A stretch of 64,000 nt of DNA, taken from the NCBI RefSeq assembly GCF_009914755.1, contig NC_060926.1. One strand, written 5' to 3'. Origin of the DNA: the human T2T-CHM13v2.0 reference genome, Homo sapiens. Numbering within the stretch: position 1 is the stretch's first letter; every line of letters starts with the position of its first letter. The position numbers and the translations under genes are program-made. The notes under the pieces are model-generated. The model was not told the DNA's origin and ran no database searches. It worked only from the letters and a program-made list of their open reading frames with translations. Of this stretch, positions 1 to 16,510 are shown in pieces.

Positions 1-299
1 TTATCCTTCCTTGCACATCCTTAAGCAATTCATTTTTTAACCCTAAATGGAAGTGTCTACATTTATCTGTTGCTCTGATTCTGTAAATTCCACAGCCCTA
101 TTAGGAAACACTTTGCAGAGTTGTGACCACAAGTAATGGTCCTAGGTTGAAGTATTGAACCAGGATCACCTTTGAGAATCTATTTACTGGTTCACTCCCT
201 GGTCTCATTTACCTGGTTAGATGTGGACTGGCTTGGAAATCTACCTAGGCTCCCTACCCTGGCACTTCTTTCCCTTCACAACAGTGGACTCTCCACTCT

Positions 300-770
300 T
301 GTCAACGCTTCTTTTATTTGGTACTTATGTCAACAGTTAGAACTCTCACAATCAACCTCAATCTTCAAAACTGCTACTGCCCTGGGAAGCCACTTTATTC
401 CTTCTTTATAACAGGGAACTAAGAGTGCATCTATCTATTCCTTTAAATTTTATCTTGTCTGTTTTCATCCTGTTGGTGAAGATATTTTTTGTTAATTTTA
501 ACTCCAACATCAAATATAGTCACAGTATTTTCCAGCCTTATATCACGTGAAAATGTGATCTTCTGGTTCCCATGTCTTCATCCAAGACCTCAATAAAGAT
601 GACAGATGGAACAATGGCAGAGACTTGTGGCCCATTACTGGAGACTTGCTTTAAGACTAGCATCCAGGCATTTATTCTGAACTCTGGACAGTTTAATCAG
701 CTGCAACTTTCCCCAAAGTTATCATTAGAAAGCTCACATTCCTCGATTTGCCATCTTCTTAATTGAAGTG
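300..770 (-). mobile_element. L3/CR1 LINE relic
   Basis: 'tgtcttcatccaagacctcaataaagatg...gacttgtggcccattactggagac' resembles the antisense CR1/L3 RT region. Highly diverged; boundaries approximate. Confidence 0.55.
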
Positions 771-869
771 GCATCCGTGTCAGCTACTGAGTTAGGTCTG
801 AGCATAAGATAGTAAATAAGGCATAATCACTTCCTAAATTTGCTAAAGTTTTGACCTAGAAAACAGATT

Positions 870-1170
870 TTCACAGGGTTCACCCTAATTCAGTATGGTG
901 TTACAGGTTCTCTGATAGAATTGAATACAGCGACTTGAGGAAATACATATTATGGGAGCCCAGTCTAGTCTTGGGGTAGGTGGTGAAGTGGAGTCATAGG
1001 GAGAAGCTTTTCAGAAGCAGTAATATCTGTCCTGAGGCCTGAAGGAGGAACAAGAGTTGGGAGGATGGGGGAAAGGGAAAAAGCAGGAGAAATAATGTAC
1101 CATGGGAATGCTGCTGGAGCTCTGAGAAGATGCAGGTGCATTATGATTCTGGAACAGGTAGCTGCTCAGT
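870..1170 (-). mobile_element. L2 relic
   Basis: Purine-rich 'gagaagcttttcagaagcagtaatatctgtcctgaggcctgaagga' is typical of antisense L2. Confidence 0.5.
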
Positions 1171-3440
1171 ATATGCTAATTAAGATGGATTTAACCTTAT
1201 GACTCCATCAGAAAAAAGGAAGTGAATTAAAAATAATAGATGAATGAGGCTAAAACCCTTTAAGTACCAAAACACCAGAGAAGAAAGCTGTTTCTAGTTC
1301 GAGAGAACTCAAGGAAAGAGGCTTTAGAGGAAAAATGAGCTGCTTAGAGTTAAGTAAGGATAGCAAATGACACACTTGATTTCAAATGTGAAATTGCTAA
1401 AATAAACCTTATAAGAAAGAATCTCATCAAGAATTTTAAAGAGAGAAGCACCTTCTTTGATGTGATCTATCTGATTTGGTATGTCACATCCAGTGGAGTG
1501 AATGCAGTGTGTGAGATGATATCACTTTTGGTTGGAGAGTCCTGTGCAGAATTCAACTCCTCACCTTCACAGCCCAGGCCTTTCCATGCTTCTGAAGTCT
1601 GAATACGTGCACTTTGTCCTGCCATTAGATGACTCTATCTATGTCTTAAATTCTCCACAAGAAGTGGTACCATGTTGTGGTGTTGACTATAAAGCTTATC
1701 ATCAGGGAATCTGGATTTGAGTAGGCCCACCCTACCGCATCCTGTGTTGTGTGTTGTAGCTATTGCAGAATATTGAGGGTTGTTGTCCCCACAACTGTCA
1801 CACTATTGCTTTTTTTTGTTTTAGCTCTTAGACAGATATGCCACCAAACCCAGAATTAGAAAAGAGTGATGTTTCTAGCTCCTTATTTTCTTTATTTTCC
1901 CGTAAGAATTTGCTAAGTGCTCACCAGAGTCTAGATACTATGCTTGTCCCGGGACAACAGGATGAATTAAATAGAATCTTAGAATAATTGTAATGCCTTG
2001 TAAATATAGCCACAGTGGCACATACCAGGTAACAAATGGAGAGTATTATTTGCCTGGTCAAAGATGGTGGAAGAGGCACAGTTAGAGGCAGGAATCACGT
2101 AGGGACAGAGTTTCAAATTTTGGGCATGAACTCAATGAAGAGACATAAGCAGCCATGTAACCATGCTCCAAACACCACTTCCTACATTACTTCTGGAATG
2201 CGCTTTCATTAAGTATGCTGTTTCTTAAAAGCATCTCACTCCTGGGCATTGGGACAAATACATGATTCTTGAATATAATGTGTCTTGATTTATTTCCTAT
2301 CTTTTCAGCAACAAAAAAGTAATAATTCTATGCTTTTAAAAAACGAGTTTAAGATTATATAGTGGCAGAAAGATTTTTAAAATCCCACCCAGATGAATAG
2401 AAATTCCACAATAAAGAGTATATTTAGATAGCAAAACCATTTAGGAGCAAGTTGTTGAATATTAAATGATGCCGAGAAAAGACACATCTGCCTTTGAAGT
2501 TTGAAAATATCACTTCATATGCTTTATGGAGCTTAAACTATTTGAATAAAAATGAAATATCTCTTGGCTGGAAACGATATCCCTGTGGTCTGATATTATT
2601 TCCTTAGGACCACAACCGAGAGGGAAAAGGAGGCAACTCGGAAGGCAGTTTTTTTTTCGTCTGTATTTCCTGCTGGGTGAGATGCTGAGAAGAAAACCAG
2701 GAAAGAGGATGTGGGGCAAAGTTTTGCTTAAGCGGGGGAACAAAAAGCAAAGCTTAGAGTGTGTGACAAGAATTTTTCTCCAGGAGATTAGTAGTTACAT
2801 TCTTTGTAATCTCTCTCTGTCTTTCTACGTTTTCTAAACTGTGCAAGTCTCTCCTCAAGGGCAGGATTTAAATTACACAGTTGTTTTTTTTTTTTTAAGA
2901 GCAACATTGATTTAGCCTAAGTCTGTTTGGCATAGCTTAAAAATGTTGCTCTGCTAGGACTTTAATGATGACACTGCTGAAATATTTTGCAATACTAGGA
3001 GATTATATTCTATACAGATTGGGCATGATTCTAAAATTTCATCGTTTTTGCCAATTTTTATGCCCCAAAGACTCAAAGTCATTTGTCAAATAGTCTTGTA
3101 TGTCTTACTGCAAAAACTAATTAGAAAACTGTAGTTATTTGGGAATGGCTAAAAAAAAAGAATGTATAACATTTAATGTAATGTCAACAAGTTTTTTTTA
3201 GATCTCTCACTGAATATATTTTAGTTTTTTGCTTTACTAATGAAAAATATTTTAACAATAAATCTAAACGTTCTCAGAAAAAGGTCTAACAGCTTTTAGA
3301 GAGAAAGCAAACAAAAATGAGTTAGACCTCAAATGAAAAGGTCAAAAGAAACAGGTTTGGTGAAAACATTTATCCATATTAAGTGAGTTTTCATTTAGAG
3401 AAATACATTGAGAAATGTTCAAAATGTTTTCTGGGAATTT

Positions 3441-3736
3441 TTGTTTGTTTCTGAGACAAGGTCTCAGTCTGTGGCCCAGGCTGGAGTAAAGTGGCATGAT
3501 CGTAGCTCACTATAACCTTAACTCCTAGGCTCAAGCAATGTTCCTGCCTCAACCTCCCAAGTACCTAAAACTGTAGGCACATACCACTGTACTTGGCTAA
3601 TTTTTAAAATTTATTTTTTGTGAGGTAGGGTCTCCCTCCGTTGGCCAGGCTGGTCTCAAACTCCTGCCCTGGATCCATCCTCCCGCTTTGGGCTCCCAAA
3701 GTGCTAGGATTACAGGTGTGAGCCACTGTGCCCAGC
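3441..3736 (-). mobile_element. Alu, AluJ-like
   Basis: Dimeric antisense Alu with J-type 'gatcgtagctcac...ggctcaagcaat'. TSD tgttttctggga at 3425-3436 and 3737-3748. Confidence 0.95.
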
Positions 3737-4199
3737 TGTTTTCTGGGAGTTTCATTAATTCTTGATGTCTTATCAGCAGTCAATTTATTTACAGAGTTGT
3801 GCCTTTGGGTCACTTTTGAAAGGCCTGGAAGCTGTTTGCAGATTGGGCTCAGAGTAAGGAAGATTACCAGAACTGGGCCCTGTGTCCTTGCCCATCAGCA
3901 GGCACCAGGACTCTGTCCTAACCACTGCTGTCAATGACACCCCCACCTCAGGGGGATTAGGAGTAGAATGGACTTGAGAAGGAAGTTCTAGAAACCCAGC
4001 TTCAAATCCCAGTTCTCTACCAAACACACACAGGTGCTCCATCCTAGAGGACTCTGGGAGGTGCCCTTCCTGTCTAATCACTCTTAGCAGCTCCCACAGC
4101 CTTCATTTCCTCATCCTCACTCATTCCTTTATAGTTTAAAATCTGGCTGCCACTCTCTGAAATCTTTACTTGAAAGTTGGCCAGGCTTTTTTATTCCTC

Positions 4200-4690
4200 A
4201 AAGCAATAGCCCTCACTATGTCCTTGGGCTCCATGTTGTCCATGGTTGGCAGCATCTCTCCTTCCCACGCTGGACTCCTTCTCTTCCTAAGGCCTGTGGG
4301 AAACCTTGCCATCCTCAATTTCTTCCTCCCTCCCACTTCTCCTTTCTTCCTTTTCCTATCCCCTCAGGCAGGCAGTTACTGGAGCTTTGATTCTCAGATC
4401 TCTTCTTTCTGGCCTCTTCAACATCAATCTTTACTTCTATCATTACAAATATTGGGTATTGATTGTGAACGGTTCTGAAATTTCTGTCTCCAGTCCCAAC
4501 TCTCCCTTGATTATTTTATATCTCCACATGGATGCCCCACTGACAGCTCAAGCACAACAGATCTCAAACTGAATTTATCATCTCTCTTTTCCAAACTAGC
4601 TCTTCCTCTTGACTTCCTTGTGTCTACTGACACCATCATCATGAAACTACATAAGCCTTTTGAATTCTTCCTGCTGCTTCCTTCAATAGT
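4200..4690 (+). mobile_element. L2 relic
   Basis: Pyrimidine-rich 'atctccacatggatgccc...ctcaagcacaacagatctcaaactgaatt' matches the L2 ORF2/3' region. Confidence 0.6.
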
Positions 4691-4956
4691 TTTCACAGTG
4701 TCTGTTTCTTCTTTTTTTTAAAACATAAATTATTTATTTATTTATTTATTTTTATCATACTTTAAGTTCTAGGGTACATGTGTACAACGTTCAGGTTTGT
4801 TACATAGGTATACATGTGCCATGTTGGTTTGCTGCACCCATTAACTCATCATTCATATTATGTATTTCTCCTAATGCTACCATTTCCCCAGCCCCCCAAC
4901 CCCGACAGGCCCCAGTGTGTGATGTTCCCCTTCCTGTGTCCAAGTGTTCTCATTGT

Positions 4957-8796
<3,840 letters not shown>

Positions 8797-8859
8797 TATG
8801 ATGTTAGCTGGTTATTTTGCTCATTAGTTGATGCAATTTCTTCCTAGAATCAATGGTCT

Positions 8860-9887
8860 TTACAATTTGGCATGTTTTTTGCAGTGGCTGATACTAGTTG
8901 TTCCTTTCCATGTTTAGTGCTTCCTTCAGGAGCTCTTGTAAGGCAGGCCTGGTAGTAACAAAATCTCTCAGCATTTGCTTATCTGTAAAGGATTGTATTT
9001 CTCCTTTGCTTATGAAGCTTAGTTTGGCTGGATATGAAATTCTGGGTTGAAAATTCTTTTCTTTAAGCATGTTGAATATTGGCCCCCACTCTCTTCTGGC
9101 TTGTAGGGTTTCTGCTAAGAGATCCACTGTTAGTCTGATAGGCTTCCCTTTGTGGGTAACCCAACCTTTCTCTCTGGCTGCCTTTAACATTTTTTTCCTT
9201 TATTTCAACCTTGGTGAATCTGACAATCATGTGTCTTGGGGTTGCTCTTCTCAAGGAGTATCTTTGTAGTGTTCTCTGTATTTCCTGAATTTGAATGTTG
9301 GCCTACCTTGCTGGGTTGGGGATGTTCTCCTGGATAGTATCCTGCAGAGTGTTTTCCAGCTTGGTTCCATTCTCCCCGTCACTTTCAGGTACACCAGTCA
9401 AATGTAGATTTGGTGTTTTCACATAGTCCCATGTTTCTTGGAGGCTTTGTTCATTTCTTTTTACTATTTTTTCTCTAAACTCCTCTTCTTGCTTTGTTTC
9501 ATTAATTTGATCTTCAATCACTGATACCCTTTCTTCCACTTGATCAAATCGGCTATTGAAGCTTGTGCATGTTTCATGTAGTTCTCGTGCCATCGTTTTC
9601 AGCTCCATCAGGTCATTTAAGGTCTTCTCTACACTGTTTATTCTAGTTAGCCATTCATCTAATCCCTTTTCAAGTTTTTTAGCTACCTTGTGATGGGTTC
9701 GAACATCCTCCTTTAGCTCAGAGAAGTTTGTTATTATCGACCTTCTGAAGCCTACTTCTGTCAACTCGTCAAAGTCATTCTCTGTCCAGCTTTGTTCCGT
9801 TGCTGGTGAGGAGCTGCGATCCTTTGGAGGAGAAGAGTTGCTCTGGTTTTTAGAATTTTCAGCTTTTCTGCTCTGATTTCTCCCCAT
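8860..9887 (-). pseudogene. L1 ORF1 (RNA-binding chaperone), disrupted
   Basis: MGRNQSRKAENSK... and ...ARREWGPIFNMLKEKNFQPRISYPAKLSF..., with internal stops and a frameshift. Confidence 0.95.
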
Positions 9888-10494
9888 CGTTGTGGTTTTA
9901 TCTACCTTTAGTGTTTGATGTTGGTGACCTACATACAGGGTTTGGGTGTGGATGTCCTTTTTGTTGATATTGATGCTATTCCTTTCTATTAGTTAGTTTT
10001 CCTTCTAACAGTCCTGTCCTTCAGCTGCAGGTCTGTTGGAGTTTGCTGGAGGTCCATTCCCGATGCTGTTTGCCTGGGTATCACCAGCGGAGGCTGCAGA
10101 ACAGCAAATATTGCAGAACAGCAAATCTTGGAGCCTGATCCTTCCTCTGGAAGCTTTGTCCCAGAGGGGCACCCAGCTGTATGAGGTGTCAGTCAACCCC
10201 TACTGGGAGGTGTCTCCCAGTTAGGCTACACAGGGTTCAGGGACCCACTTGAGGAGGCAGTCTGTCTGTTCTTAGAGCTCAAACACCATGCTTAGAGGAA
10301 CACTGCTCTCTTCAGAGCTGTCAGACAAGGACATTTAAGTCTGCAGAAGTTTCTGCTATCTTCTGTTCAGCTATGCCCTGCCCCCAGAGGTGGAACCTAC
10401 ATAGGCAGCAGGCCTTGCTGAGCTGCAGTGGGCTCCACCCAGTTCAAGCTTCCCTGCCCACTTTGTTTACCTACTGAAGCCTCAGCAATGGCAG

Positions 10495-10812
10495 ATGATC
10501 CTCCCCCTGCTGCCTCGCAGATCGATCTCAGACTGCTGCACTAGAAGTGAGCAAAGCTTCTTGGGCATGAGACCCATCAAGCCAGGCATGGGATATACTC
10601 TCCTGGTGTGCTGTTTGCTAAGCCCATCAAAGAAGCGCAGTATTTGGGCAGGAGTGTCCCATTTTTCCACGTACAGTCTGTCATGGCTTCCCTTGGCTAG
10701 GAAAGGGAAATCCCCCGACCCCTTGCACTTCCCAGGTGAGGCGATGCCCTGCCCTGCTTTGGCTCGCCCTCCGTGGGCTGCACCCGCTGTCCAACCAGTC
10801 CCAATGAGATGA
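10495..10812 (+). CDS. L1 antisense ORF0-homologous open frame (105 aa; translation unproven)
   Basis: ISDCCTRSEQSFLGMRPIKPGMGYTLLVCCLLSPSKKRSIWAGVSHFS aligns by eye with L1HS ORF0 (ISDCCASNQRDSVGVGPSEPGVGYSLVVRRFLSRSEKRNIRVGVTRFS). Confidence 0.45.
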   Translation: MILPLLPRRSISDCCTRSEQSFLGMRPIKPGMGYTLLVCCLLSPSKKRSIWAGVSHFSTYSLSWLPLARKGKSPDPLHFPGEAMPCPALARPPWAAPAVQPVPMR

Positions 10813-11539
10813 ACCAGGTACCTCAGTTGGAAATGCAGAAATCACCCATCATCTCTGTGCATCATGCTGGGAGCTGCAAACTGGAGCTGTTCCTATTCGG
10901 CCATCTTGGAAGGGACCTGTTTCTTCTTTATAATCTGTTTCACAGATTCCCCCACCCCATCTGGTTTAATTGATTTTTTTTTTTCAGGAAGCCAAGTATA
11001 ATCTTTGATCCATACAAGTCACCCAGCCACTTTCAAATCACTTGGAGAGTAACTATTACATTTCAAATATTTCAACTTAAAAGGTCCTTCTACAATAATT
11101 TATTTGCTTTTTGTTCATGTTCCAGAGATGCATTTAGTTACTTTGTGTGTTCTTATACATTCTGCATCAGAATTTGAAACAATGTAATAATCAAAAGGTT
11201 GTTAAAATACTCTATTTTTCTTAAGGTCATTGCTGAGAATTAAGTTAATGTGAATATAATTTAAAGTATTTTGTATTTTTGCATACATATGATATATAAA
11301 TGTGTACATAATATACATTACATATATTTATCATACCTATCTATATCAGGATTTGAAAATATATAGAGATATTCAAAACCCTTCTTCTATGTTTAACTAA
11401 AGGTTATTCTATAAGTTGTAATGTTTTTGAATTATATTTAAAGACTGAAGGGCATCCAAAGATGCTAGATATTTTTCTAAACTATATCCTTAACAAGAAG
11501 TTAAAACATCACTATGCCTTCCTAACATATTTAAACAAT

Positions 11540-11830
11540 TATTTATTTTTTGCTCTTATTTTTTATTTTGATATAATTTCAGGCTTACAGAAAAGTTACA
11601 AAAGTAATACGAAGAATTTCTGGATAATGAGGCTTCAATCCATATTCTTAAAATGTTATCATTCATGGTTTCTCTCTCTTTTCTTTCTTCATATTCACAC
11701 TCTATATTTTCTGGTGACTTTAAGAGTACATTGCAGACATATGCATTTTTATGCCTAAATACTTCAATGTGTTTTCTAAATAGCAAATAATTATTTTATA
11801 CAAACATAGTATGGTAATCAAAATCATCTC
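11540..11830 (-). mobile_element. L1MC-type 3' end
   Basis: 'ttttgatataatttcaggcttacagaaaagttacaaaagtaatac...ttgcagacat...cctaaatacttcaatgtg' is an L1MC 3'UTR signature. Confidence 0.7.
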
Positions 11831-11849
11831 CTTTAATTTGTTTAAAGTT

Positions 11850-14100
11850 TATATTTTCATTATGCACATGATGTCTTATTTCATGCACATGATGAAAATA
11901 TAATAGCGTGAAAGTGCTTGGAATGAAAACAATAGTTTTCTCCACTCCAGTTCTACTTACTAGAACTGGGAAACACTAATTATTTCAATTTTTAATCTTT
12001 AAAGTAATTTTGACCCTAATCCTAAATAACACATTGACTTTTACCATTATTTCTTGGATGCGTCATTTATCTAATAAATATTTGTGGTCCTATTTGTATG
12101 TGCCTGGCCCTGGTCTTACAATCTATATCTTTTTCCCTTGCCAGGAAAGATGAGGATACTCAGTGAATGTGCATTTTTATTTCTCCTTTCCTCCCCAACT
12201 TTTGATAGTTTGTTTCATTTACTTGATTATATTTGTATCTTTATATAATATATCTAAATAAAAATAGAAATAATGTACTAGTATTTTTACCTAAATATTG
12301 TTCAGTGCAGACCCCCATAATGTACTGGAGTTATATTTCCTTATCTATGGCCTGTTTGTTATTTAAAGGCGAACGGAACAGTTCTAACACCTAGGTCAAA
12401 TAGTTTTTCTTTTATTATAATCTAGTATTTTCAGTTTGTTTCATGTTTGAACAATGGCTTTTTCAACATAATTTCCTATTGCCTTTTTTTCTTAAGAGAA
12501 AAAACATGCTTTCTTCACCATTTTATTAAAATAATGTATGCCTTTAATAATTTCACCTGTTACTTAGAAAGTGTCTACTTTTTGAGAAGATGGATTTGTG
12601 GAGCTCACTGATTTCCTGTTTTAATTTAAACTGATAATTTTCTAGTCCTGTTGCAGAGCTGTCATATGGAGCTATTTTTAATCTACACATGGCTGACATA
12701 TTTGAAATATCTCATATCTTTCTCTTTTTTTGGACTTAGTACTATTATATTAGAAAATCCACTCATGCAACTTCTTCAGAAAGGGTATTTTGAAAATAAG
12801 CTTACTGATATCTTGATATTTGCCGTGAAAATGACCTCCTTGGCCCTTGCACTTGGAGTGTAGAACCCTAGCTTCCAAGCCATTTTGTCTTATGGTCCTT
12901 GGTATTTGTGATAAGACATTTAGTGAAAGTCCTTCAAACAAATTATATATTTTTATATAATTTGTTTTTCTGGAAGCATTTATGAGCTTCTGATTATCAC
13001 TGGTATTTCAAAATTTAACAAAAGTGTTTTAGGTGTGGGTCTTTGAAAAATACAACCGAGTTTGTCTTTGTTGTGCCTTCTAATCTGAAGACGTGTGTCT
13101 CTCTTTTCCCCTCTTTCACTCCAGTGATAATTTTCTCAATTCTTTTTTCTGTGTTCTTTTTCAAACTTTTATTGAGCAGATTTTGGATCTCAGTGGTTAA
13201 GTTGGAATTCGTTTCTTAGAATCCCCTTCCCTTGCGCGTTCTGGGTTAGATTTGGCCAAATGAGGAGTTACTTGAGACTTGGAAGGCTGACATAAAGCAC
13301 TAGCATTGCCCTCTGAGGGCTGTTGTGCTTAGCTGTGGTGACAGACAGACTCTCTGTCTGTAGGTTCCACCTTTTTCTTGCTCTCTTCTGCTATGTCCCC
13401 AGCTCTTTCTCCTGATCATTGACTCTGTCACCTACAGTGGCCCCAAGCCCACACCCAGACACATGGCAGCAGACTCACTAGTAGTGCAGCCAAGGAGCAA
13501 AGTGGAGGCCCAGTTACCCAGACACCTCTCCAAGATCCTTTCCTCTGAAGTCTTGTTTTGATGGCTGAGCGTGGTTAGCTTCTTCTCAGGTTGACTGCTC
13601 TTGTCTTCAAGATCCTCTTCTAGATTTTAATTTCCCCTACAAGTTCTTTCTGCAGTTGGGTAAGATTTAATACCTACATCAAGTCTCTTATCCCATAATA
13701 CATAGTATCTCTGCTTCCTAATTAAAATGTCTAATTACAACCTCCTAAATTAATCTTCTATATATCTCAATGTTTTCTTAAATTTTTAATTTTTTTCTGC
13801 CTTATTATCTGGAGCTTTTCTTGACTTGATGTTGAAATTCCTAGAATTATTTCTTATTCTCTATTGCAATTTTATACCATCCTGTACTACCTTCTAGAAT
13901 TTCTTTGAGAATCCTAGTTAAAGCAGCTTTTCTTTTTAATATTCTGAACTATCTTTATTTTCATGGGATCAGTTATTCTCTCTATTTATCTTGATCTTCC
14001 TTCTTCATGCTGGTAGTGTCTTTCTAATGACTGGAGATCTGAAGTAATCGTTTCATAAGGTAGTTGGTTTTCTCCATTTTATTGGCAGATTAGTTTTCTC
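11850..14100 (-). mobile_element. Ancient HAL1/L1M-type fragments, interrupted by an LTR at about 13190-13740
   Basis: T-rich, diverged LINE-like tract, e.g. 'caacttcttcagaaagggt...gtgtagaaccctagcttcc'. Confidence 0.4.
13190..13740 (+). mobile_element. Old ERVL-type solo LTR (LTR33/LTR41/LTR16-like)
   Basis: Contains 'gggttagatttggccaaatgagg' and ends 'ctctgcttccctaattaaaatgtctaattaca'. GC-richer than its flanks. Confidence 0.5.
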
Positions 14101-14399
14101 TTCAGATACCTTTGCTCCTATAGGCATATTCACTTACTTTTATTCCAGGGGCCCTCTGGAAGACAGAGACACGAATGCATGTGCTCAGATGCCATCAGGG
14201 ACAGGAACTGTTAATCAATTCTTTGTCATGTGGCTCTGGCCTGTGTTTTCTTTTCCATCTTCTCCCCAACATTATAATTGAGTTCATCTATCATACTTGG
14301 TTTTTGCTTCCATTTTTCCTTTTTAAATTATATCCTAAACTTTTATTGAAAGATTAATCTTCTTTTAGTGTTGCTTCAGTTATAAGAACTTTCTCAAAA

Positions 14400-14890
14400 T
14401 ATTCCATGGTTGCCAGTTGCCTTCAAAGTTAATGTCGAACTTCTTAAGCTTTCAGGGCCCTTAGAGATTTGCTCTGAAACTGCCTTCCCATGATTATCTC
14501 CCTCATTTATTTTCACACTTTGGGAAACTGAGTGGGTCACCCTTCCCTGATGATGGTAATTCCTACCTCTATTCTTGCCTTGATTTTTCTTCGTTTATTA
14601 GGATCTCTTCCACATACCTATCAAAACTTGATCCTTTTTAGACATCTGCTCCAATATCACTTTCCCATCATCTTCTGGCTATTATCTTCATTTTAACCTG
14701 CTATCATGCTTTTTTGAGAGCATTTTGCTGCAGAGATAATATCCTGTCTGATATAATAACTATTTAGTGTTTTTTTCTCCCATGTTAGAAAGAAATTTCC
14801 TTTAAGTCAAGGGCCCTATTTTAACTTCTATTTTCTCTCCAAAACACCATGCATGGGATATAGCAGGTATTCAGTGAATATGCATTTACT
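14400..14890 (+). mobile_element. L2 3' end relic
   Basis: Ends 'catgggatatagcaggtattcagtgaatatgcatt', an L2 3' terminal motif. Confidence 0.55.
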
Positions 14891-15119
14891 TAGATAAAAC
14901 TTTGCATTTTTAAGTATCTCTACATTTCAGTTTCCTGCAAAATAAGCATAATTATTGCCCTGTGTTACTGGGACCTCCCTTTTAGAAGAGAAAGCTATGA
15001 GGCCATAAGAAGATTTGTGTAAAGGCCTCTGTCATATTATAGAGTCATTCATTTGGATTCCCAGGAAGTAGTAATGTGTGTAATTCTGTTTTGTGTAAGA
15101 ACTTTTCTGCGTACTTATA

Positions 15120-15538
15120 TGTCTTAATCAGTTTTCTGTTGCTTATAACAGAACACCTGAACCTGGGTAATTTATAAAGAAAATGCATTTATTTCTTATT
15201 ACTCTAGAGGCTGAGAAGTCCAAGGTTGAAGGGCCATCTGGTAAGCACCTTCTTGCTTGTGGGGGACTCTCTGTAGAGTCCTGAGGTGGTTCAGGTTATC
15301 ACATGGTGAAGGGTCTAAGCATGTAATGTGCTAGCTCAGGTATTTCTTTTTTTTCTTATAAAGGCACCAGTTCCATTTTCATGATAACCCAATAATACAT
15401 TAACCCATTAATCCGTTAATTCGTAAGTGGATTGATTCTTTCATGAGGGCAGAGCCCTTAAAGGCCCACTTCTCAATACTGCCACCTAGAGGATTAAGCT
15501 TCAACATGAGTTTTGGAAGGGATATTCAAATCATGGCA
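15120..15538 (-). mobile_element. MaLR solo LTR, MST-type (MSTC/D-like)
   Basis: tgtcttaatcagttttctgttgcttataacagaacacctg...ttcaacatgagttttgg...tcaaatcatggca. Confidence 0.85.
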
Positions 15539-16361
15539 ATATATTGCCTGACAAGCAATTCTGCTTTACATCCTTCGTGATTTCCCATAAATCTCTGAGG
15601 TCTTACTTTATTTCCAAAGGAGAAAGCTACTAGTCTCTAGAAAAAGTGTCTGATGCCTTGACTCATTTGCTTTGTAGAGTATTTTTGCTAGAAACCATAG
15701 TCTTACAAGAAGAGAGCAGAACTCACTATGTTCTTAACTTTGGTGTCAAATGAGGATTGTTTCAATCAAAGTCATAAAATTAAATAAACACTTTATTGGC
15801 AAAATGGCAAATATGCTATTCTTCCAAATGACTATAGCAATATAGTCCAAAGGACTAAGCTTCCAAATGACTAAAGCAATTTTCTTGCTTTGAACTTTCC
15901 ATCCTGAGTCTTCACATTGATTAATTCACTCATTTATTCATGCAAAAATATCTCCTATGCATGTATCAGGCATAATTGTTAGAATGATGACTAAGGCACA
16001 GACCTAACCCTTAGGGAGCACACTGCCTATGGGGAGGACAGTCAATTAAAATGCAATCAAAGGGACATAGGACCAATGTTACGTTACCAGGAAACAGGCG
16101 AGGACAAAGGAGACTAAACTCAGCCAGAGAGTCTTAAAAAGTGATACCTACTCCACATTATCACTAAAATAGGAATTTTGATTGAAACTCTAGGGGTTGG
16201 CCTCAGAATTATAGCTACTTTCTTATCTATAATGAGCATTTGTGACTACTTTTGTTATATATATTCCTATGTGGAAAAAGGTTAAGTTTGTGTATTTTGC
16301 ATGGGATGATAGTTTGGACTCCTACCATGTAATCTCAGCCTGTTCTTGGGAAATATTATAG

Positions 16362-16510
16362 ACAAGTAGTTCTCAAAATGTATTAGAATCACTTAGGGGC
16401 TTAAAATGTCCAGACTCTACCCACCCCTAGAAAGCCTGGTTAATTGGTCTAAGGCAGAGATGGTGTTTTTCAGAAGCTTCTCCACATAATTGTAATATGC
16501 AGAATTTGTG
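16362..16510. mobile_element. MER5-type hAT MITE relic
   Basis: 'agtagttctcaaa...tattagaatcacttagggg...taattggtctaagg...aagcttctccacataattgtaatatgcag'. Confidence 0.6.

Noticed and set aside
10095-10128. 17-bp tandem repeat gcagaacagcaaatMtt in the L1 5'UTR
   Set aside because: As I recall, this is a feature of L1PA6-age 5'UTR consensus sequences, so it is probably not locus-specific.
11862-11894. atgcacatgatg repeated at 21-bp spacing
   Set aside because: Short imperfect duplication in old LINE sequence; commonplace.
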